Assembly (NCBI GenBank): GCA_951406725.2
Contig: OX597838.1
Coordinates: forward strand, 1,922,001-1,986,000
Origin: Octopus vulgaris
Lineage: Eukaryota
Length of the DNA stretch: 64,000 bases
Direction of reading: 5' to 3'
A program made the position numbers and the translations under genes. Shown here in pieces: positions 54,981 to 64,000 of this stretch (the stretch's first letter is position 1; each line of letters starts with the position of its first letter). The notes beneath the pieces were generated by a model. The model worked only from the letters and a program-made list of their open reading frames with translations, was not told the DNA's origin and made no database searches.

Positions 54981-55922
54981 TAACCATTTTGGCTGAACAG
55001 TAAGAGTCTCGTGACACGTATAATGTTCTACGAAAAGTTTTTTGTGTTATTTAGGTTATTTTGGCGTCATTAATGGTTTAGAATTTTCATATTTGTCGAA
55101 GGATAATAATCAACGATATAGAATTGGACGAATTTGCATTTGTTTTTGTTTTTGTCAATGAGGAGGACATACTTGTACTGGAGATTAATTTTGACTGCTT
55201 CCTGTCAGTACACACACGCACACACACACATCATATATCACACACACACACGCAAACACACATACATCACACACATACGTACACACACTTAAATACACGT
55301 TCGTGAATATATATGTATATGAATATATGCAGATATATATATACACATATATATATGTATATATATATATGTATATACAAATGTAAACATAAAGTTATAT
55401 GCATATATACACAGACACGCGCACACACATACACACACTGGTACACACAGGCACATAGACACACACATGCACATGGACACACACATATATACATATGTAT
55501 ACATGAACTTATATGAATATATATATGTATATATGTATGCATGTGTGTATGTATGTATGTATGTGTGTATGTATGTATACCATGTGCCGCCTGCGTATTT
55601 GGACAGTTGAGTTTCTTCCCCGACTCCGCGTCACACTGTTGCTTGCCGGCGAAATAGGTTAAAAGTACAAATAAGAGAGAGACATTGGACACCACTTGCG
55701 GTGATGATGCGGTATTTCCATCTCATGTAACACGTGTAACACACAGTGATCATGAATAATGGTGTCGCTATTGTTGTTGCTGTTGTTGTTGTTGGGGGTG
55801 ATGGTGGTGGTGGTGGTGGTGGTAGAGAGAATGTAGGGAAGATACGGTTCAATGAAAACAACATGATGAGAAACGTTGATACTGCTGCTGCTGTTGATGA
55901 TGGTAATGTTAAGAATCATTGG

Positions 55923-56061
55923 CGATGATGATGATGGCGATAACGACGAAAGCGACGACGACGATTATGATAATTATGATGATGATGATGATTATGATGA
56001 TGATGATGATTATGATGATGATGATAGTGATGATGATAATGATGATGATGATGATGATAGC

Positions 56062-56101
<40 letters not shown>

Positions 56102-56158
56102 GTGACCATGACGATGACGACGACGATGATGATGATGATGGGTGATGATGATGATGGG

Positions 56159-56192
<34 letters not shown>

Positions 56193-56295
56193 GATGATGA
56201 TGGCGACCAAGACGATGACGATGATGATGATGGTGATGATGATATTAACTGTAACATCAACAACAACAAGAATAATAATAATAATGATGATGATA
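55923..56295. repeat. (GAT)n degenerate array
   Basis: Direct inspection. Confidence 0.95.
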
Positions 56296-56619
56296 CAAAT
56301 AATAATGTTCATGTTCATGAAGTGAGTAAATGTCTGGACAGATTAAAAGATGTTTTACAGTTCTGAGTGACTGGAAGCAGAATTGGTAGGACGGAAATAC
56401 GAGAGGGGTAGGAGGAGGAGTGGGGCTCGTGGGAAGCAATTGCACACACACACACACACACACGCATTCACACACACATACATACACATCTTTAGAAACA
56501 AATACAAATACGTGTATATGTTGATATATACATGTATACGTGCACAGAAGCACTAATATGATTTTTATGTGTGTATTTATCTCTCAATGTCATCGCTCAT
56601 ATATACCTATGTGTATATA

Positions 56620-56697
<78 letters not shown>

Positions 56698-56750
56698 CGT
56701 ATATATATATATGTATATATATATATATTCATATATATATGCATATATAC

Positions 56751-56786
<36 letters not shown>

Positions 56787-56831
56787 ATTTATATATGTAT
56801 GCATGTAAGTACGTATGTGTGTGTATGTATG

Positions 56832-56877
<46 letters not shown>

Positions 56878-57097
56878 GGCATATACATACAATACAAACA
56901 TAAACATGTATGTGTACGTGAATTATTTATTAAATATGATATTTATATTACCTTTGCATATACTTACATGTATGCATGTATATGCATGTAAGCGAATATA
57001 GATATATGCATATGTATATTTATGAATATATTCATATGTATATATATATATATATTCATATATATATGGATATGGATATACATATATAGATAGATAG

Positions 57098-57130
<33 letters not shown>

Positions 57131-57513
57131 GAGAGAGAGAGGGAGATGCATATATATTTATATATATACATATACATATCATTCGTGTATATATATGTGT
57201 ATATAACTGTATATAGTAGGTGAAGTAAAGTGTATAATTAAGTTTTTAAAACATTAGCCATTACATCGTTATTAATATCGCTTAGTTGTGAAATAACCAT
57301 GACAAATTGCATACATACATGTACACACACACACACACACACACACATACACTCACACACATAGGTACATAAACACACAATCACACGCATGCACAACATA
57401 CATACACAAACATACATACATATAGAAAGAGAGGGCGTCATAAATAGAGAAATAGTGAAATACACACACATGCACAGACACACACATACATATATAAACA
57501 TGTTGGTGTGTGT

Positions 57514-57569
<56 letters not shown>

Positions 57570-58039
57570 CCCTTCTACTTGTTTATTCACACACTTGTAT
57601 ATGTTTTTCCCTGCAAACACATACAGACACACGGACACATACACACACGTACACACACACACACACACACTCACACACATACGCAAATAAGATTTCAAAT
57701 GAGGTGTGAACGTCGGTGAGCGTGCGTTTCGCGTTGGGTGTATATGTTTATATACCCTCCCGAATACACACACGTACTGGTCTGCGTCTTCTTTGGAGTA
57801 AACATGAAAATAATATTCAATACCAAATATTCAACTAAAGGGAGAACTCAATACCCTCAATCATATATACATAGATATGTATGTGTATATACATATACAT
57901 ATATATATGTAAATATATATATATGTATGTATATATTTATATGTATATACTTGCACACACACACACATATATATATAGTAGTACAACAATATGATGCTTT
58001 GTTTTATTGGGAAGCAATATACTATTTAATAATTTCTTC

Positions 58040-58122
<83 letters not shown>

Positions 58123-58499
58123 TAACGTGACTTGAATGGCACAACAATACAGAGTGGACTATAATAACTGTTATAATTTAATTATTCATAGTGTGATATA
58201 ATATTTCGGATTATAAAAATTCTTTCTTCAGATGTTGCTAGGAATTGACCCAGCCACTGCTATGTATATACTTCGTTTTTGTACCTAGTTTCCAAGTTAC
58301 TTCATTTGAACTCGTGCGTTGTGAAGAAATTTGCTGTGCCTGGGGAGAGTGATACCGCCTTAATATCTAACGCACTCACCGGTTCAATTGCTACTCATTA
58401 ATTATTTATTTTAAATAATAAATGAGTGGAAATTGAAGCGGTGAAGGAATTTTAGATATTAAGGCCGTACGACTCTATCCAGACACAACGACATATACG

Positions 58500-58619
<120 letters not shown>

Positions 58620-59000
58620 TGTCTGTGTTTGTGTGCGTGTATGTATATATATATATATGTATATGTATATTCCACCACCACCACCAACAACAACAACAAT
58701 AATAGTAATAATAAGGATTATTATGAAGTTGCATAGCATTATCTTTAATTCTTTTAATATACATACAGCGTCACATAGACCTACACGTATTTCAACTGTT
58801 CTGATTAGTAACGGTTGTATTTGTAACTTCACTATAAACCCGGCGCAGAATTATGCCACGGTATATATCTCTAATTTCTTATAAGAACATTACTGGAGAT
58901 ATATATATTAACTGTTGAACCACCAATGTTGAATACCCAACTGAGAGCAAACCGGTAAATACTTTGGGGGAAATCCCTTACTATTTACATATATATATTG

Positions 59001-59050
<50 letters not shown>

Positions 59051-59108
59051 AATATGTATATTGATTTATATATATATATATATATATATATATGGATACA
59101 TATATATT

Positions 59109-59144
<36 letters not shown>

Positions 59145-59482
59145 TACACCTAGATATATTACGTACAGCTATACATATTTTGATCATTCACGCGGTGTAT
59201 ATCATGGCATGGGTCCAGAGAGTGGTGGCACAGTCAGTATATGAGGAGCTGCGGCGTCAATTTGTTTTCTGACAGAAACATTTTGGTCAGTATTGGTGCC
59301 AAAGTGTTTCGGACATCATATTTGTCTTGGACACCGTCGCCAGGGTCAAGATTTGCATGAACTAGCAAGCTTGAAACCACCACCCCGCCCTCCACACACG
59401 ACAGCAGAGAGAGAGAGAGAGTGAGGGGGAAAGAGGAGTTAGAGATGCAGGTAGAGAGTGAGAGAGAGTGAGAGTTAGAGGA

Positions 59483-59519
<37 letters not shown>

Positions 59520-59725
59520 ATGTTAGCACTGTAATGTTTATTGCTTTCCGTAAACCAATGATGTGCAAGTCTAAAACATACTAAATATATTTTCATATGA
59601 ATGCATAAGTATTTAGACAGAGAGAGGGGGGAATTAGGCGTACATACCAGTTTACATATACATCCATCCATCCATCCATATATATATTATATATGTAAAT
59701 GTATATACAGCTCTCTCTCTACATA

Positions 59726-59807
<82 letters not shown>

Positions 59808-59837
59808 ATACATATATACATACATACATATATATAA

Positions 59838-59893
<56 letters not shown>

Positions 59894-60333
59894 CATTTAT
59901 ATATATATATATATATATATATTTTATTTACATATATATATATTATATATGTATGTATATAAGTATGTGATAAAATAATAATAGCAATAACGACGATGGC
60001 TATTATAATAATATATACATATAAACTTACATTCCGATACACACGCACATAGATATGCATACATATATATGTGTATAATTATATATGCAGATATATACAT
60101 ACGTATAATGCATATCCTTCATCATAACTGCTTTACTCACACATACGCGCGCGCGAACGATATAAATATACACTGTTGTATACTTAGAGCCAATATATTT
60201 ATAAATGTATTAAATATAGCCAACATATATACATGTATATAGATATATGCACATATACATATACACACGTATAGATGAAACATATATAGATCATACCTGC
60301 ATGCATATATGCATATACGTATATACATGCATA

Positions 60334-60375
<42 letters not shown>

Positions 60376-60747
60376 TATAAATATTGTGAATATACACACA
60401 TGACTTTACATACGTATTCACAAATATGTATACAATACATATACACACATGCATATTCATATGTACATCAACATGCATACATACCTTCGTACATAAATAT
60501 ATAGGTAAAATTAAAAACAATATATATGCATATATATGTGCACACATATATACATACATATCATAAGTAAGCCTACATACTTAAACTACCTACCTACTTA
60601 CCTACTACCTGTGTACCTACATACATACGTATATATTAAACATTCTTATATATATATATATATACATATATATGTATATACATATATATATACATATGCA
60701 TATATACATATATATATAAAATAATGAAAGAATATATATATATATAA

Positions 60748-60859
<112 letters not shown>

Positions 60860-61368
60860 TACATTAAAACTCACACATAGAAACGCCAGAACCACATTTC
60901 CCTACTCTTGGTTAAAATAATACAATTATTGGCAACTAACTTCCTGGTCTCCACTTACTAAAGAGCTCGGCTGACTAGTCGCCATCTTCCTGAGGCGATT
61001 CAGTTAAATATAGCTGGCAAATTAACGGCTGAATGTTTGATCTGAGGGGAAAATCTAATTCTGTCTATTTGAGTTCCGAACAACAACAACCATTTCTACT
61101 ACTGCTGCTGTTGCTACTACTACTACTACTACTACTACTACTAGTACTACTACTACTACAGTTGGCGATGGAGGAAAGAATACCCGCGAAGAGGAATTGT
61201 TGTTGCTGGTCGAATTTGGCTGTTTCTTGGAGGAATTCGTCCAGTTACCGTTTGAAGTTTTTTTTTTACCTTCATTGCTTTGGAATCAAGTAGAATAGAG
61301 CCATGTCGACGGGCAGAGTATTAATAGTGTGAAAATTTCAAATTGCTCTCTGTCTCTCTCTCTCCCTG

Positions 61369-61441
<73 letters not shown>

Positions 61442-61624
61442 TTGTCTGTCTATATATCAGGTCGTTTACGGGAAACCTTTTTGAGTGGGCATGTATAAGC
61501 TGCTGTTTCATTATGCCGGCCACAGCCTAATGATAGCAACTGGTAATAATAAATTTATGGAGTTGTACCGAGCTGTGCCGATATAATGTAGAATAAAGAT
61601 AATAATGATGATGATGATAATAAA

Positions 61625-61687
<63 letters not shown>

Positions 61688-62279
61688 TATTATTATTATT
61701 ATTATTATCATCATTACTATTGTTATAATCCATGGATTGAATTTATAAATATTTTAATGCATCACTACGCGCGTTTCCACAGGTCATGTGTTCCTTACGA
61801 TCATAGTCCGGATTCCTGGGGTGATTACAGTACAGTTCGTAGTAACCATGGACATGTGGATCATATCCGTGTGTTCATTTCCTCAGACGATATATTTACA
61901 CTGGAAAATTACGTAAAAGGTTGCGCAGACGATTTGTTTTTCCATTGTGTCTCCTGTACCACCAATGTATACGTATTTGTGTAGTGAGAACATATTTGTG
62001 AAGTGGAGACGGGTACTCAGAAATATATGTACGTTAATGGTACTGGAGACACCACGAAAAACCGTCTGCGTCACCATATTATGTCATTTTCCAATGCAAA
62101 CGAAATGCACTCCACATCATTATCTAGCGTCACCTGGAGGCACAAACAGAGTGGAGTGGAGGGGAGAATACGACCAACTGGTCTATAATAAAAATAAAGT
62201 CACACCATACAACAGAACATCGTAGGTGTGCAATTTATACCTAGAGGAAACCCTGGACATTATTACATCCAGAGAAATC

Positions 62280-63018
62280 ATAAACTCCGGCATAGGTGAC
62301 GAAATTTTCATTAATTTTTTTTTTACCAAATTTAAACATTGCCAGCGAGTATTGAACAAGGAACTTCTTTCACTGAAAATTTTCGGTAAAAAATTGTTTC
62401 ATCGAAAGAAATCCGTCCTGGCTTCTGATTCGGCAAAATATATTTAGTGTATTTTTCGTGTTCGACAAGAGATAACTTTATAAAAAGTAATCGTACTATT
62501 TTCTAGTCGGACCAACTTTTACGTTCTTCTTTGAAGATTTCGTATCTACGAATATATTCAGAGAATACAATACATTCTTCTGGGTTGAATTTGAATTCTC
62601 CAATTGAGTTTGCTCCGATATCTGGCGAGTACGAACCTGAAGTATTATGAGACTTCTTCAAGTCTTATCAGACTTAATTCCAGCAACTGTTGGTCTTGTT
62701 GTTGTTGCTGTCGTAGTTGCTGCTGCTGTAGTTGCTGTTGTAACTGCTGTTGCATCCGCACCACGGAGGCCAATAAGTTCTCCATGGTAAATGATTTTTT
62801 CTTGGGTTTCTTACCCCCCGCCAAAAAAAGAAAAAACAATCAAACGTCCAAGGCAAGCTTCGAAGAACTCGTCGCCACTTGGATATAAAAGCATAAAGTA
62901 GCAAAGAAGACAGAAAGTATATCCACGACAAACTACGATTTCTATTACACGAGACACAGCCGTCCACAACAAAGGCTCACAGTGAACTGCTACCAACACC
63001 GACTCTGACGATGCGACA
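62280..63018 (-). mobile_element. Gypsy LTR retrotransposon 5' remnant: short LTR (~62880-63018), PBS (62868-62877), decayed gag
   Basis: Minus strand: TGTCGCATC...TATCCA, then AG-TGGCGACGAG (PBS). Gag begins MENLLASVVRMQQQLQQQ and continues ANSIGEFKFNPEE...EHEKYTKYILP...ISFDET...SSLFNTRWQCLNL, as in K02A2.6-like Gypsy gag, with frameshifts. Confidence 0.75.
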
Positions 63019-63289
63019 GTTGTTCTTTTAATAGAAATGTCTCAGTCCACTGTTAGTCACATGGGGTGGTCGGAATCCTTCCACAAGTATATATATCCGT
63101 TTAGTGTGGAATATCGGATAAAAATGTTCTCAATACCAAAGCAGAGACAAATTACGATTTATTTTGATGAATCCGTCTTTTACTAATTAAGGTTTCATCT
63201 GTTGAGGCCGAGAAGCCTCAGGCAAGTCATGACAGGAAGTACATAGAATCTGCACATTTATGTAGGGTTTTGTAGTCATAAGGTTTGAT

Positions 63290-63640
63290 GAAGGGGGGGG
63301 GGTATGATAAAGGGTGGGGAAAGGAGGATAATTGGGGGGAAGAAGGAATAGGAGAAATAAAATGAGGGAAATGGAAGGAGAATAAAAGAAAGAAAATAAA
63401 AAGGAACAAAGAAGGAGGGGAAAAGAGAAAGGATAGTGAAAGCAAGAAAACGAAAAAATAGAAAAATAGAAAAAAAGAAAAGGGAAAGGAAAAAGAAAAG
63501 GGAATTGGTGAAGTGAGGGAGAGATAAAGAAGTAGAAAAAGAAAACAAAAACAAAAAGGGAGAAGGAAGATAATAAAAGGAGAGGGAGAAGAATACAATG
63601 GAAAAATTTCGTAGTAAAAATTCAACAAAAAAAAAAGCAA
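63290..63640 (+). repeat. Polypurine (A/G) low-complexity tract
   Basis: Direct inspection. Confidence 0.85.
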
Positions 63641-64000
63641 ATGATCAACTTTTAGAAGCAGTGAATGAAAAAATTTAAAAAAATTGAATGATGCAAAATT
63701 GTTATGATTTTTGGTCAATAACTGGCGAAGGATGAGCATGTTCACGTTTTGTGTAGGATTTTCTGTGGGTCCGTTTGTCGTTCTTCGTTGCAAATTTTAG
63801 TCATTATATAATCATGTGACACGTTAAGTGGATAGTTGCAGGGGTGCTAAGATAGTATAAAAGGGTTTCGGAATAAATGAAGATTGAGAGAGGTAGAAAT
63901 ATTGAAATTTACTTGAAAAACATGGTAATTAGAATGAAACGAAGGGAAAAAATACCATTTAGGGTAAAGTTTTGGAGAAATGGTCGAGTTACAAAAATGT

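Overview
Eukaryotic, AT-rich DNA saturated with microsatellites. The repeat content (dense (TA)n/(CA)n/(TATG)n/trinucleotide arrays and three recurring tRNA-headed SINE families) looks like an octopus/coleoid cephalopod genome; this is an inference from repeat style. Almost all ORFs in the supplied track are translated microsatellites. I support one real gene: a two-coding-exon, 198-aa, highly divergent PA28/REG (PSME3-like) proteasome-activator homolog at join(9993..10313,12656..12931). It has lost the canonical activation loop, most of the NLS-bearing insert and the usual C-terminal tail. A decayed paralog of it lies tail-to-tail on the minus strand (~14450-15301) and lacks the intron at the homologous site. 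Also present: a small element with two direct repeats, each carrying a minimal Penelope-type hammerhead ribozyme motif (3013-3755), plus a third related copy near 21800; several MITEs and foldbacks; and fossils of mariner, RTE, CR1-like, RLE-type LINE and Gypsy elements. All homologies were judged by eye from remembered family motifs; no searches were run.
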